A stretch of DNA of 64,000 nt from a virus (taxonomy: Duplodnaviria; Caudoviricetes), in the IMG/VR virus record IMGVR_UViG_3300037067_011000, positions 1-64,000 of that record, one strand, 5' to 3'. Shown here one piece after another: positions 48,667 to 58,673 of this stretch. The position numbers and the translations under genes were made by a program. The notes below the pieces were generated by a model that was given only the letters and a program-made list of their open reading frames with translations, had not been told where the DNA came from and searched no databases. Every line of letters starts with the position of its first letter. The first letter of the stretch is position 1.

Positions 48667-51455
48667 TATCTGTATGAATTTGATTTACGACTTTGATAAT
48701 TCATATATCCTTGCAATGAACCATTCTCAAATCTTATAAGTACTTCTTTTGGGAAAGTACTATCCCCCATACTTAAATTCCCCAAATTCAAACCTTCTGG
48801 AAGTACTGTTTCTCCTGATGAAAGCATTGCAGGATAAGAATCATTTGGAAATCCTTGTGGAATTGTACCACCAGAAGCCATTTGAGCAGCACTGTTTATA
48901 TGACTTGTATAACTTCCCCAAGCTGCCATTAAAGCACTTACAGCAATCATACCTGCAATTAAACCCACAACAGGAACTTCTATTGCTTTGTGCATTAATA
49001 ATGCTGCTGCTGCTTCTGCAAGAAATATAGAAATAACTTGTTGAGCAGTGGACAAGATAATGCTTACCATAGATTGAAATCCAGATTTAGCATTTACAAA
49101 AGCCTCCCCTATAGCAGATGCAAAATCTACAAAAGCATTAGAAATTGTACTTAACACTTGTTTTTTTCTTTCAACTTTATCAAATTCTAATTGAAGTTTT
49201 TCAAGATTAACAATCACTCCTTGTATTCCTTCTGACCATTCCAATCCCCGTTCTTGTACAGGAATATTTAAGTATCCCTCTAAAGCATTTGAATAAGCAT
49301 TTATTTGAGCAGATATAGAATTGTATAAATCTCTGTTTTGTCCTAATGTTGTGTTTAATGTAGATTCTTTTAAATTAATATATTCCAAAGATGCTGCCAA
49401 ATCATCCATTACTTTTCTTTGTTCTGTGCCAGATGATTGTGGAGTAAGATTCATTTTATTTAATTGTAATCCAAACATATCAGGACCTGATACAGCATTT
49501 GTTTTAGAAATTGGTTTAAATAAATCAAATGCTTTTGCTGGATTGTTAAGTCTTCCCTGATTTAATTTTTCAAATGCTTTTAAATCTATTTCTGCCCAAG
49601 CATCTTCTAATCTTTTAACAGCTTCTATTTGAGTTGTAGTATCTGTTGTAATTTGTACAAGTTTCTTTTGTAATTTATTAAATTCAGGCAAATTCCCTAA
49701 TAAATAGGCATTTGTCATGTCATTATATAATTTACTATATTCTGTTATTTGTCTTGCATATTCTAATTGTTGTTTAAGATTTTCTTTCTGATTGATTTTC
49801 CATCCCAAACCTTTATTTTTTTCTGCTTGTTTCCATCCTGTTTCAGCAGCAACCCATGCTGCTCTTACCTGATCCATAGCAACAGCAACTTGGGGTTTTG
49901 TCATTGCTTCTACATCATTTCCAGTTAAATCTTTTAATTTTTTTAATTCCCCATTTACATTTACCAATGTTGTATAATACAAATCATGTTCTTTTGCTAA
50001 TTCCTTAACTTTTTTAGCATATTTTGTTACAGCAATTGTAGCACCCCCTACAGCAATTCCTACACCACCTATAATAGCTGCTAAACCCGAATTTCCTAAA
50101 AATTCTAAAATAGGAATTAAAAATTGTTTTAAATTTGGTAATGTTAATTTACTCAATTTCAATGTAGCAAATCCCATTATATCCATTGCCTTTCCTGCGG
50201 ACATGATTACTTTTGATAAAATTTTAAAAGTTGAAACCAACCCAGATAAGGAATACCCTATAACAGATATTAATAAACTTGCAGGACCCATTGCAGCAAT
50301 TAATGCTAACCATTTTAATCTATTCTCTTTTTGTGTATCTGATAATGAGTTAAACCAATTTGTAACACCCCCCAATTTTTGTACTAAACTATTTAAAAGA
50401 GGTAGAAAAGTTTCTGCTACGGATTTTCCTAAAGATATTAATGACACTTGTGCTTGGGAAATGGCTGCATCATACTTAAATTTAATAGTATCCGATACAG
50501 CAGCAAATGATTTGGCTAAAGAACCACTTGCATTTGTTACCCTATTCATTAAATCTGTATTATATTTGAAATTTTTCCCTGCTAATGATAAATAGCCTGT
50601 TAATGCTCTAATATTTGGAAGAACATCACTTAATAACTCATCCCCATATTTTACTTGAATATCTCTTAATCTTTGCATTAAAGGAATTATTCCTTGTTCA
50701 CCTAAAATCTTTCGTAATCCTACATAACTATTCCCTGTTTTTTGTAATGCAGCTTCTCCTTGTGTAGTTGCTTTTAACAAAGAATTAAATACTCCTTTAA
50801 GATATACTGCTGCTTGTGAAGATGAAGAACCTGTAAGTGTGATTGCAGCCATACCACCTGCAACTTGGTCAAAGGAAACTCCTAATTGAGATGCAATAGG
50901 AATAATTTGACCCATTGCAGAACTAAAACCACTTGCTTCTGCTTTACCTTCTCTCACAGCAGCTACAAGCACATCCGTTGCATAAGCAGCAGTCAATCCT
51001 GTTCCTTTATAAGCATTAAGTGCAGATGTTAATAAATCAGCAACATCCTTTGTTTCCCCAAGTCCTGATGCAGATGCTTTGGCAGATAATTTTAAAACAT
51101 TCATTGCTTCTGCTCCTTTAATACCAGAAGAAGAAATAAAATATAAAGCATCTGCAAGTTCTTGTGGTGTTTTTGCTAATTGAGGTCCTATTTTTAATAC
51201 TTCCTCACTCCATTTATTAACAACATTTTGAGCAACACCAGTTAAACCCACAATCTTTTGCATAGCAAATTCATAATCTTTTGCCATATTTAAAGATGCT
51301 TTTCCTGCCATAACCATAGGTGCTGTAAGTGCAGCAGATGCCAAATACCCAAAAGTTCTAAACTTCTGAGCAGTTGTACCCAGTGATTTAGTAATATTGT
51401 TTAATTGTGTTGCATCTACCCCAAGAGTAACTACCAAAGTTCCCAGATTTGCCAT
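48666..51455 (-). CDS. Tape measure protein
   Basis: 929 aa, Ala/Leu-rich helical, TP901-type core (FEFAMQKIVGL-like YEFAMQKIVGLTG...VSFDQVAGGMAAIT). Confidence 0.9.
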   Translation of the reverse strand: MANLGTLVVTLGVDATQLNNITKSLGTTAQKFRTFGYLASAALTAPMVMAGKASLNMAKDYEFAMQKIVGLTGVAQNVVNKWSEEVLKIGPQLAKTPQELADALYFISSSGIKGAEAMNVLKLSAKASASGLGETKDVADLLTSALNAYKGTGLTAAYATDVLVAAVREGKAEASGFSSAMGQIIPIASQLGVSFDQVAGGMAAITLTGSSSSQAAVYLKGVFNSLLKATTQGEAALQKTGNSYVGLRKILGEQGIIPLMQRLRDIQVKYGDELLSDVLPNIRALTGYLSLAGKNFKYNTDLMNRVTNASGSLAKSFAAVSDTIKFKYDAAISQAQVSLISLGKSVAETFLPLLNSLVQKLGGVTNWFNSLSDTQKENRLKWLALIAAMGPASLLISVIGYSLSGLVSTFKILSKVIMSAGKAMDIMGFATLKLSKLTLPNLKQFLIPILEFLGNSGLAAIIGGVGIAVGGATIAVTKYAKKVKELAKEHDLYYTTLVNVNGELKKLKDLTGNDVEAMTKPQVAVAMDQVRAAWVAAETGWKQAEKNKGLGWKINQKENLKQQLEYARQITEYSKLYNDMTNAYLLGNLPEFNKLQKKLVQITTDTTTQIEAVKRLEDAWAEIDLKAFEKLNQGRLNNPAKAFDLFKPISKTNAVSGPDMFGLQLNKMNLTPQSSGTEQRKVMDDLAASLEYINLKESTLNTTLGQNRDLYNSISAQINAYSNALEGYLNIPVQERGLEWSEGIQGVIVNLEKLQLEFDKVERKKQVLSTISNAFVDFASAIGEAFVNAKSGFQSMVSIILSTAQQVISIFLAEAAAALLMHKAIEVPVVGLIAGMIAVSALMAAWGSYTSHINSAAQMASGGTIPQGFPNDSYPAMLSSGETVLPEGLNLGNLSMGDSTFPKEVLIRFENGSLQGYMNYQSRKSNSYR

Positions 51456-51456
51456 C

Positions 51457-51857
51457 TTATTTTTTTGTTTTCTTAACAGGTGGTTTATTTAACCTTTCTA
51501 CTTTCTTATTTTGAGAATTTGCAATACTCCTCAGTGCTTGTTTCATTGCTTCCACACTTTGTTGTTTTACCACTGGTTTTCTTTCTCCTGCCCAATCAAT
51601 CATAAAATCTAAGGGATTTGTTAATTTTGGTGTGTGTCCCTTCTTTGCATATAACTGTTGAACTATATTAGTTATCAGACTTTCAATCTTTGCTAACCTG
51701 AAATCATCCCTCCATGTACCTATTGGATCTATCTTATCATAAGCCTCCCATTCACTAATCTGCCTTGAAGTAAGCAGATCCAATAAGTAATCTGGATGAA
51801 TTATCCCTAATTCTCTACAGAGCCGGAATTGGAATTGTCTTCCGGTTCTGGACTTGA
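51457..51857 (-). CDS. Tail assembly chaperone, -1 frameshift extension (GT-like)
   Basis: The -1 frame after the slippery site reads LKSRTGRQFQFRLCRELGIIHPDYLLDLLTSRQISEWEAY, continuous with ORF 51457-51783. Confidence 0.75.
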
Positions 51858-52238
51858 GTTTTTTACAAGGTCATCTTTATCTTGTTCCGAAATTGCATTC
51901 AACTTCTGAGCAGCATTAACAATCTTTTCCAATCTTGCTGCACTCATATTCTGGCTCAATATGGAATAATCTCTTGGTTCAAGTAACAGTTTTCCTGTCT
52001 CATCACATAATGTAACAACAGCTAATTTGGCACGAAAATCTTCCGTTGCCTGCTCATATCCTACTACTTGTCCTTTAGTATCCCTGTTCTTTTTTAAAAG
52101 AGACTGTTCAAAATTGTCCCTTTCCCTTCCTGTCATTTGTTTTACATAAACAAATTCATCATTTCCAAGTTCAACCTTTTCTACTTCGAGTTTTTCTTTT
52201 TCGAGTAATTTTGCTCTGTTTAATAAATTTTTTCCCAT
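51807..52238 (-). CDS. Tail assembly chaperone (G-like)
   Basis: Lies between tail tube and tape measure; slippery A-AAA-AAC at 51864-51858. Confidence 0.8.
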   Translation of the reverse strand: MGKNLLNRAKLLEKEKLEVEKVELGNDEFVYVKQMTGRERDNFEQSLLKKNRDTKGQVVGYEQATEDFRAKLAVVTLCDETGKLLLEPRDYSILSQNMSAARLEKIVNAAQKLNAISEQDKDDLVKNSSPEPEDNSNSGSVEN

Positions 52239-52299
52239 GATTAAGAAATTTTAATTGTTTGTGATAAAATAAATCTTGATTAGACTTTGTTAATTGTTT

Positions 52300-52737
52300 T
52301 TAAACGGTTCCTGTTCCAGAACCTGAACCGGAATTTTCTACTACCTTACCACTGATCTTGATGGTTACATCCGATGAAATCTTATCATCCACAGGAATCC
52401 CCAAACCAAGTTCAGTTACCAATCCCTCAAATTCAAATGATGTATGTTCAGCATCAGGGAGATATATCTCATAGTTCTGAAGAACATCACTCTCATAATC
52501 GGCATTCATCTCATCATAGGTATCCCTGCTGAAATTCATGGAAAGTGAAACAGTTCCTCCGTCTCGTAACGATCCAAGAAATTCACGATACCCATCCACA
52601 GAATCCAACGAGGTCACGTCTATCGTGTCTCGTGACTTGGTAGGTCCATCAATATTAGTTATTTCAGCGAGTTCCTTCCAAGTGGAATTGTCCCATCGCC
52701 TAAAACTTGTACCTACACCTGCTACAGCATTGCTCAT
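52300..52737 (-). CDS. Major tail (tube) protein
   Basis: ELAEITNIDGPTKSRDTIDVTSLDS...GSLRDGGTVSLSMNF...TIKISGK; strong SD AAGGAGGT upstream. Confidence 0.85.
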   Translation of the reverse strand: MSNAVAGVGTSFRRWDNSTWKELAEITNIDGPTKSRDTIDVTSLDSVDGYREFLGSLRDGGTVSLSMNFSRDTYDEMNADYESDVLQNYEIYLPDAEHTSFEFEGLVTELGLGIPVDDKISSDVTIKISGKVVENSGSGSGTGTV

Positions 52738-52759
52738 TTGTTTTTACCTCCTTCTTAAA

Positions 52760-53185
52760 TTACACAGCCCTTCGCTGTATGTTAAAATTACACACCAATC
52801 TACAATTTTCGTTATCATCCCAATCAAGCAGAGCGGGGCTGCTGACAGCGTAGATAACACTATATAAAGTCCCATTCCACGTTTGTTGGTGTCTCCCATG
52901 TAATGAGTTCTTTATCCCTTCTATAAGAGTCCAAGCAATAGACTCTTTTGCATTTCTTACTCGTATCTGAATAGATGGTCTTTCATAACCACTTGCACCT
53001 CCCATATCCAAATCAGGTGCAAATCCTGAAGTATCAAATATTGTAACACAATTAATAGGTTTGGTAGGTTCCCTGTTTATAAACAAGTTTGTACCAAACA
53101 CCAATCCTAATCCAGTTCCAGATGATTCAGAATCATCTAATCCTGCTTCCAAAATGTGTCTTATGTCTTCACTGGGAACGTTCAT
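52760..53185 (-). CDS. Tail terminator / completion protein
   Basis: Position before the tube gene; YERPSIQIRVRN...CNFNIQR. Confidence 0.65.
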   Translation of the reverse strand: MNVPSEDIRHILEAGLDDSESSGTGLGLVFGTNLFINREPTKPINCVTIFDTSGFAPDLDMGGASGYERPSIQIRVRNAKESIAWTLIEGIKNSLHGRHQQTWNGTLYSVIYAVSSPALLDWDDNENCRLVCNFNIQRRAV

Positions 53186-53186
53186 A

Positions 53187-53768
53187 CTATCCTTTTATTT
53201 GAGATTCATTTGCAATAATCTTTAAAATATTCCCTTTTTCACTATATATTGTATTCTGAAACCACTTTGCATTTGATCCTATTCGTGACCATCTGATATT
53301 TGGGTCTATAAATTCATGTACAAATCCTGCATAAGGGGCACTGTAACCCAACATTAAAAATTTCTTATTTGCATTTGACATACTTGCAACTTCCCCTCTT
53401 GCCTGTTCTACTACTCCTGAATGACCTGCCTGTACTTTTGCTCCTTTAGAATCACTTGAAAATTTCTTAGAACCTTTTACAGGGGGTGTAGAATTTGGGG
53501 TTACTATAAAAAAACTTGCATTCAAATTTCCTTTATCAACTGGAGTTAAATCAGATGCTTTCCCTTCATCATTTGTCTTTGCACGAATATGAGCAGCAGC
53601 AAGAATTAAACCTCTCATACTACCATTTTTAATTTTCTCTATTTCTTTATTAAGATTTGACATAACAGTATCCATCCCTTTTAGGTAATTTACTCCACCA
53701 CTTGCTCCTGGTGTTCCTGGAATATTTGTTAAACCTCCTCCTAATCTTGCCATCTTAAAATCCTCCAA
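53187..53768 (-). CDS. Neck / tail completion protein (HK97 gp10-like)
   Basis: TPVDKGNLNAS, GYSAPYAGFVHE, AKWF. Confidence 0.7.
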   Translation of the reverse strand: MEDFKMARLGGGLTNIPGTPGASGGVNYLKGMDTVMSNLNKEIEKIKNGSMRGLILAAAHIRAKTNDEGKASDLTPVDKGNLNASFFIVTPNSTPPVKGSKKFSSDSKGAKVQAGHSGVVEQARGEVASMSNANKKFLMLGYSAPYAGFVHEFIDPNIRWSRIGSNAKWFQNTIYSEKGNILKIIANESQIKG

Positions 53769-54159
53769 ATGATAAACTTGGTGTCAAATATGCTTTTCTT
53801 AAAAATCCTTCCCCATCCAAAGAAGGGACTTTCTGAAATCTTTTTATAATATATGTCCCATCAATGTTCTTTGGGTCTGCTATTGCATCTGCACTACTTT
53901 CTGCACTGTCATACAATTCTTCCAATGTACCATGATATAAATACCCTTCTACATCCAAATCCTGAAGAACAAATACTAATGCTCTTGAAGTTATTTCTTT
54001 TCCCTTATTGTCCGTTACAATCTGACTAATATCTTCCCAACGACAGGAAATCTCAATAGCATCATTGAAAGTAAAGAAATTTCTACCATCATTAATTGGA
54101 TTGCCCCAATAAACTGCTTTATCCAAGCAATTATTCTCTATACTTTCCTGTATGCTCAT
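53755..54159 (-). CDS. Head closure / head-tail adaptor
   Basis: Position and size in the head-tail module; ISCRWED. Confidence 0.6.
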   Translation of the reverse strand: MSIQESIENNCLDKAVYWGNPINDGRNFFTFNDAIEISCRWEDISQIVTDNKGKEITSRALVFVLQDLDVEGYLYHGTLEELYDSAESSADAIADPKNIDGTYIIKRFQKVPSLDGEGFLRKAYLTPSLSFGGF

Positions 54160-54530
54160 TCATTGAATCCTTTTACAGCGTATATACTCGCTCTCATTTT
54201 CCCTGTATTAGCCATCTTCCCTGTTATGTCCATCATCAAAACTGCCTGACCATAAGGAGTAGATTCTAATTTAGTTCCATACTTCCCAATATACTTTACA
54301 GAAGCATCCCCAAGTTTTTCCTCACTTGACATTCTCATAATTGTACTTGCAATGAAATGAGCAGACAACCATGTTTTAATTTCTGCCAATAAAGTGCTTC
54401 CAAGTTCATCATCTTCTGAAAACACAGCATCAGCCACTCCCCCTGCCATAGTAATAAAAGGTAATGCTTGTGCATCTGATAATTGTGCTTCTGTTTTCTT
54501 TAATATCAACCGAACATCTGCTGCTGCCAT
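54156..54530 (-). CDS. Head-tail connector protein
   Basis: WLSAHF...EKLGDASVKY...LESTPYGQAVLMMDITG pattern. Confidence 0.65.
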   Translation of the reverse strand: MAAADVRLILKKTEAQLSDAQALPFITMAGGVADAVFSEDDELGSTLLAEIKTWLSAHFIASTIMRMSSEEKLGDASVKYIGKYGTKLESTPYGQAVLMMDITGKMANTGKMRASIYAVKGFNE

Positions 54531-55183
54531 TATTTGCTCCTTTCTCTTTGACGACTATTCCACATTAACGGTGTAACCATATCTATTACATCATTGTCCC
54601 AAGTTAATCCTGCCCATTCTACCACTTCTTTTATCTGGTTGTAATCACCCATTGCCATTCTTTCAGGCCAAACTTCCTTACAAACAATCCCTGCCTCAAT
54701 CATCTCATTGAACAATTTTATATGTTCATGCACCCATCCTGTCCATCCTTCTTTATCCTTATAAGCCCTCATATATCCTGTCTTCAAACAAGATTCTACA
54801 ATATCAGGAGTTCTCCGTCTCACAATAATCCATTTAGCATTTGGAAAAGCATATTGCCAAATAGGCCATGTCTGGCAAAGTCTGGAACCTTTTAACATCC
54901 AAGGTTCCCCTTTCCATTCTTGTAAACATTCTTCTGTTTTGGATTTCCAATTTGTTGGTATTATCAATTTCTTTGTATCTGGTAAAGGATATTGTCCTCT
55001 TATATCTGCCCCAAGAAGTTCATAATACTTGTCCATCAATCCTTTAACCTCTATATTCTCTAACATTTCTGTACTCATCCCTGTAAATGCCCCACAATGT
55101 TTTATAATCTTGGCAATAATGGTACTTCCTGAACGTTCTATTCCAGTTATAAAAATTGGGCTATTTACTGCATTTTGTATCAT
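54530..55183 (-). CDS. Sulfotransferase family protein
   Basis: PIFITGIERSGST (PAPS-binding loop), FPNAKWIIVRR...DIVESC. Confidence 0.75.
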   Translation of the reverse strand: MIQNAVNSPIFITGIERSGSTIIAKIIKHCGAFTGMSTEMLENIEVKGLMDKYYELLGADIRGQYPLPDTKKLIIPTNWKSKTEECLQEWKGEPWMLKGSRLCQTWPIWQYAFPNAKWIIVRRRTPDIVESCLKTGYMRAYKDKEGWTGWVHEHIKLFNEMIEAGIVCKEVWPERMAMGDYNQIKEVVEWAGLTWDNDVIDMVTPLMWNSRQRERSK

Positions 55184-56490
55184 GATGTCTTTTTATATTT
55201 ATTCACTACCTGTTTCCTGTTTACAGTTCTTTTTACCTTATCAACCTTCTTTATCAATTGTTCAGAATGTCTGCGGTAAAAAGCCAAAGAGGAATTACAA
55301 TATCCTATTTTCATTCCCATCTGTAGACACCGAACATTAAACTCAAATTCTTCAAAAGACTTAACCTGCTCTGTTTCATTCAATAATCCTACTTTTTGAA
55401 ATACCTCTTTCCGGTACATTGTTGTTGCACTATGAATAGTATTCTTTGCTAACAATTGTTGTAAAGTTGGGAATTTAACTTTTGGTTTCCAAACAATTTT
55501 ATTTCCCGATACCTGACTGTATTGTATTGCATTTCCATGAATAAAATCAACCCCCTGCTCCTCTATTGCTTTTACAGAATCCTCAATACAATTTAGAGTT
55601 AGCATATCATCCTCATGGAGATACTTAATATAATCCCCTGTGGCTTCATTTAAGACCTTATTAAAATTCTGAGGCCAACTACCATCTCCCTGACTTACGA
55701 TCAACTGTACACTGTCAGGAACGCTTGCTATGGCATCTTTTAAATACCCCCTGTCAATGTTATATGGAATTATAACAGTTACCTTCTTCTTTTCAACAGG
55801 TTTTTGAAATACCTCTTGATTAACATACTCTTTTACCCATTGCAAACTCATGGAAGCATTTGCTGCTTCAAATATTCTTGGTCTACCATGAAAACAAACT
55901 AAATTTGCATCCTCAGGGACTTGTTTAAGTACCCCTGTTTCTTTTGGTTTAAAATCATATATGGTATTTGTAAGTTGTTGCCAGAACATGTCTGGTTTTA
56001 CAACCTTACGTAAAAAATAATCCATCCTGCTATGCCCTACCCCTTCTTTTTGCCATGCTTTCCAAATAGTACTTATCTTCTCTGAATTGGCAGGAATCCA
56101 AGCAAGTCCAGTAGCCAGTTGTCCTTTTTGGTAGAAATCTTCTAAGGGGATAAACATACTTGGTTCCTTTACCAATTCAAATATATTTTCAAGTGACTTC
56201 ACAATAACTGTATCCAAGTCAACATAAAGGAAAGGACGATACTGCTCCATTTCCGGTGAATACAGCATCATCCTACTCCACCACTTTGGATAATCGTTGG
56301 ACAAGGGTAGAAGTTCCAGGTTACCCAAATCATAATATCCTGAGGCATTATCCCAAAGACAAATAATTCTCGGTCTGGTAGAAGATTGCCATTTCCCATT
56401 AATGTGTCTTGCAATCAATCCCACATCACGAAAAGAAAAATCTCCTCCTGAACGTAAAACCACAACAATTGTATGTTTTAAATTAATCAT
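55180..56490 (-). CDS. Two-domain glycosyltransferase (GT-A with DxD plus C-terminal GT2)
   Basis: WWSRMMLY...LYVDLDTVI...CFHGRPR; then VTVIIPYN...YIKYLHEDD...FEEFEFNVR. Confidence 0.82.
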   Translation of the reverse strand: MINLKHTIVVVLRSGGDFSFRDVGLIARHINGKWQSSTRPRIICLWDNASGYYDLGNLELLPLSNDYPKWWSRMMLYSPEMEQYRPFLYVDLDTVIVKSLENIFELVKEPSMFIPLEDFYQKGQLATGLAWIPANSEKISTIWKAWQKEGVGHSRMDYFLRKVVKPDMFWQQLTNTIYDFKPKETGVLKQVPEDANLVCFHGRPRIFEAANASMSLQWVKEYVNQEVFQKPVEKKKVTVIIPYNIDRGYLKDAIASVPDSVQLIVSQGDGSWPQNFNKVLNEATGDYIKYLHEDDMLTLNCIEDSVKAIEEQGVDFIHGNAIQYSQVSGNKIVWKPKVKFPTLQQLLAKNTIHSATTMYRKEVFQKVGLLNETEQVKSFEEFEFNVRCLQMGMKIGYCNSSLAFYRRHSEQLIKKVDKVKRTVNRKQVVNKYKKTS

Positions 56491-57320
56491 AATTTACTGA
56501 TTATTGTTTTAGCACATCCTTCAAATGTAAAGAACTCTTCATAAATCCTTTTTCCATTATCAATGTACTTTTCAATATCCTCTTTTGTTTTACTTTTAAT
56601 TATGTTTAAAATATCTGGTATTTGCTTCTCTGATACAAGTATTCCTATTTCATTGAAATCAAACTTATCCTGAAAAGGAATCCAGGGTTTATCATAAACA
56701 TAAATTGGAATAGAACCATGTTGTAAGGATTCACAAATCCTGAATGAAGTTGCACCGTATCCTCTTGGGCACAATGAAAAAATACTCCTTTCCATTCTAT
56801 TTATAAATAGGTCATAACCCCCATTTTCATGTATTACAAAATTCTTAAAAAATAAATTTGCTATCTTTCTTCTTATTGGGTGGTTTTTGGTACTTCCTAC
56901 AAAACTGCACAATACATCCCTATTTTGTTCTATTCTTGGACTTGGTTGACACAATAATGGAATAGGAGTACCTAAATTTCTTTCTGATAAAGTCTTCTTC
57001 CCCCCACCACCTGCTCCAAATATAAGTATATCCAAATCTTTTAAATCCTGCAAAATACCATCATCATATTGGAGGATTGTAAAATACTTTTTACTCCTAT
57101 CTAATGAATCTAAAAACTTCTGTAAATCCCCCATAACAACAGTCCCATATTTTCTACTAATATAAAAGTTAGTCCAAAGAATAGGTAGATAGACATATTC
57201 TGTCTTAACAGTATTTGTCTTATACCAATTCATAAAGTACTCTTCAAATATCATTTTATTGAAAGGTGGATACTCATGATTTGTATGAGTCTGAAATATA
57301 TTTGGAACCTGCTCTATCAT
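56487..57320 (-). CDS. Exostosin-like glycosyltransferase (GT47)
   Basis: CSFVGS...SIFSLCPRGYGATSFRICESLQHGSIPIYV. Confidence 0.82.
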   Translation of the reverse strand: MIEQVPNIFQTHTNHEYPPFNKMIFEEYFMNWYKTNTVKTEYVYLPILWTNFYISRKYGTVVMGDLQKFLDSLDRSKKYFTILQYDDGILQDLKDLDILIFGAGGGGKKTLSERNLGTPIPLLCQPSPRIEQNRDVLCSFVGSTKNHPIRRKIANLFFKNFVIHENGGYDLFINRMERSIFSLCPRGYGATSFRICESLQHGSIPIYVYDKPWIPFQDKFDFNEIGILVSEKQIPDILNIIKSKTKEDIEKYIDNGKRIYEEFFTFEGCAKTIISKL

Positions 57321-58096
57321 ATCTTCATCTTTTTATTATAATACCTGTCTGCCCAAGGTAACATCATTGTTCCTGCTGCTAAATGTCTTACAATAATCTC
57401 ATCAAATGGGCAATATCTTTCTTTCTTTACAAATCTGGCAACTACCCTATAAGTCTTGTTTGAATCTTTAACCCCATTAAACCCTATATTTGTAAAAAGA
57501 TTTGTGTCATCAGGATGAAAGGTACAACCCCAATTTGCAGGTAATATTTTTATATGTTGTTCCAATTCTTCTTTGGTAAAAGGAGTTGTATTTCTTGTTC
57601 CCATCATTTTAGGATCTTGCCCCCATTCTAAACCAAGTATTTGAAATATTGCATCATTGTCCTGCCAAGTATTCCAGTGAGATAAACCTTTGTTAATTTC
57701 CTGTAATTTATCACTGCACATTTCATTAATAAATCTACGACTCCATTCTGATATTCTAATTGACCATGTTCCCATACAAAGTATCCCTGTGGATTCCTGC
57801 ACTATTGAAAAATCTGCATCAAATACAGCAGGAAATCTCCCATCCATAATACAACAATCAATATCCATATAAGTAATCACATCCCCATCATTGAACCTTC
57901 CCATATTCTTATTTATCCAGAATATCTTTGCAAAAGGAATTTCGTAAGGGGCTGCTTCATTTTTTGTAATTTCTACAAATTCAAATCCATGTATCTGACA
58001 ATATTTAATAAAACGAGGTCTTGTCTTTTTCTCATAGACAATCCGAACCTTATGGTTTTTTGGGTATGTGCATAATGTGATAAAATACTTTTTCAT
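57317..58096 (-). CDS. GT-A glycosyltransferase (GT34/GMA12-MNN10-like)
   Basis: KYCQIHGFEF...FAKIFWI...TYMDIDCCIMD...WQDNDAI. Confidence 0.62.
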   Translation of the reverse strand: MKKYFITLCTYPKNHKVRIVYEKKTRPRFIKYCQIHGFEFVEITKNEAAPYEIPFAKIFWINKNMGRFNDGDVITYMDIDCCIMDGRFPAVFDADFSIVQESTGILCMGTWSIRISEWSRRFINEMCSDKLQEINKGLSHWNTWQDNDAIFQILGLEWGQDPKMMGTRNTTPFTKEELEQHIKILPANWGCTFHPDDTNLFTNIGFNGVKDSNKTYRVVARFVKKERYCPFDEIIVRHLAAGTMMLPWADRYYNKKMKI

Positions 58097-58097
58097 A

Positions 58098-58673
58098 TTA
58101 CCACTCCATATAAATTAAATGTAAAGGGCCACAAACTACTTTTGTATGATGTTGTTTTGCAAACTCATCAATAGCCTTTGTTAAATTTGGATAACTTGGA
58201 TGATGATAATCATGACAAGAAATTACCCCACCTTTTCTGATTAACTGACTATAATTAATCAAGTCCTTTTTAACCTGATCATAAGAATGAAACCCATCAA
58301 TGAATACAAAATCATATCTTAATTCAGAATCTAATAATTGAAATGCTGTATCACTTGTCATTTTTAAAAGTTGATACCTTGTGGGAGATAATCTTTTAGC
58401 AACCAAATCACATAAACAATCAAAATCTTCCTGACTTTCTATTCCACTTGGCATTCCCCCATGTTTATAAATCATATAAGGATCAATCCCAATAAGAGAA
58501 TGCAATTCCGTAGTTCCCAATATCCTTCTTGCATGCCCTCCTGCAAACACACCTATTTCAATACCTATCTTATACCCTCTCTTACGAATAAGATTTGGAA
58601 TTACATCATAATATGCTGCAAAATGTTTATCTGTATCTGCCATAAGGGCAAGCATTCTTTCTTCTCTTGTCAT
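58098..58673 (-). CDS. Class I SAM-dependent methyltransferase (Methyltransf_24-like)
   Basis: GIEIGVFAGG, IDPY, YDFVFIDGFHSYDQV, GGVISCHDY. Confidence 0.85.
   Translation of the reverse strand: MTREERMLALMADTDKHFAAYYDVIPNLIRKRGYKIGIEIGVFAGGHARRILGTTELHSLIGIDPYMIYKHGGMPSGIESQEDFDCLCDLVAKRLSPTRYQLLKMTSDTAFQLLDSELRYDFVFIDGFHSYDQVKKDLINYSQLIRKGGVISCHDYHHPSYPNLTKAIDEFAKQHHTKVVCGPLHLIYMEW

Noticed and set aside
43211-50595. Plus-strand ORFs antisense to the tail genes, and the many minus-strand ORFs antisense to replication genes elsewhere
   Set aside because: They overlap well-supported genes on the other strand, lack motifs, and have the composition of antisense shadows.
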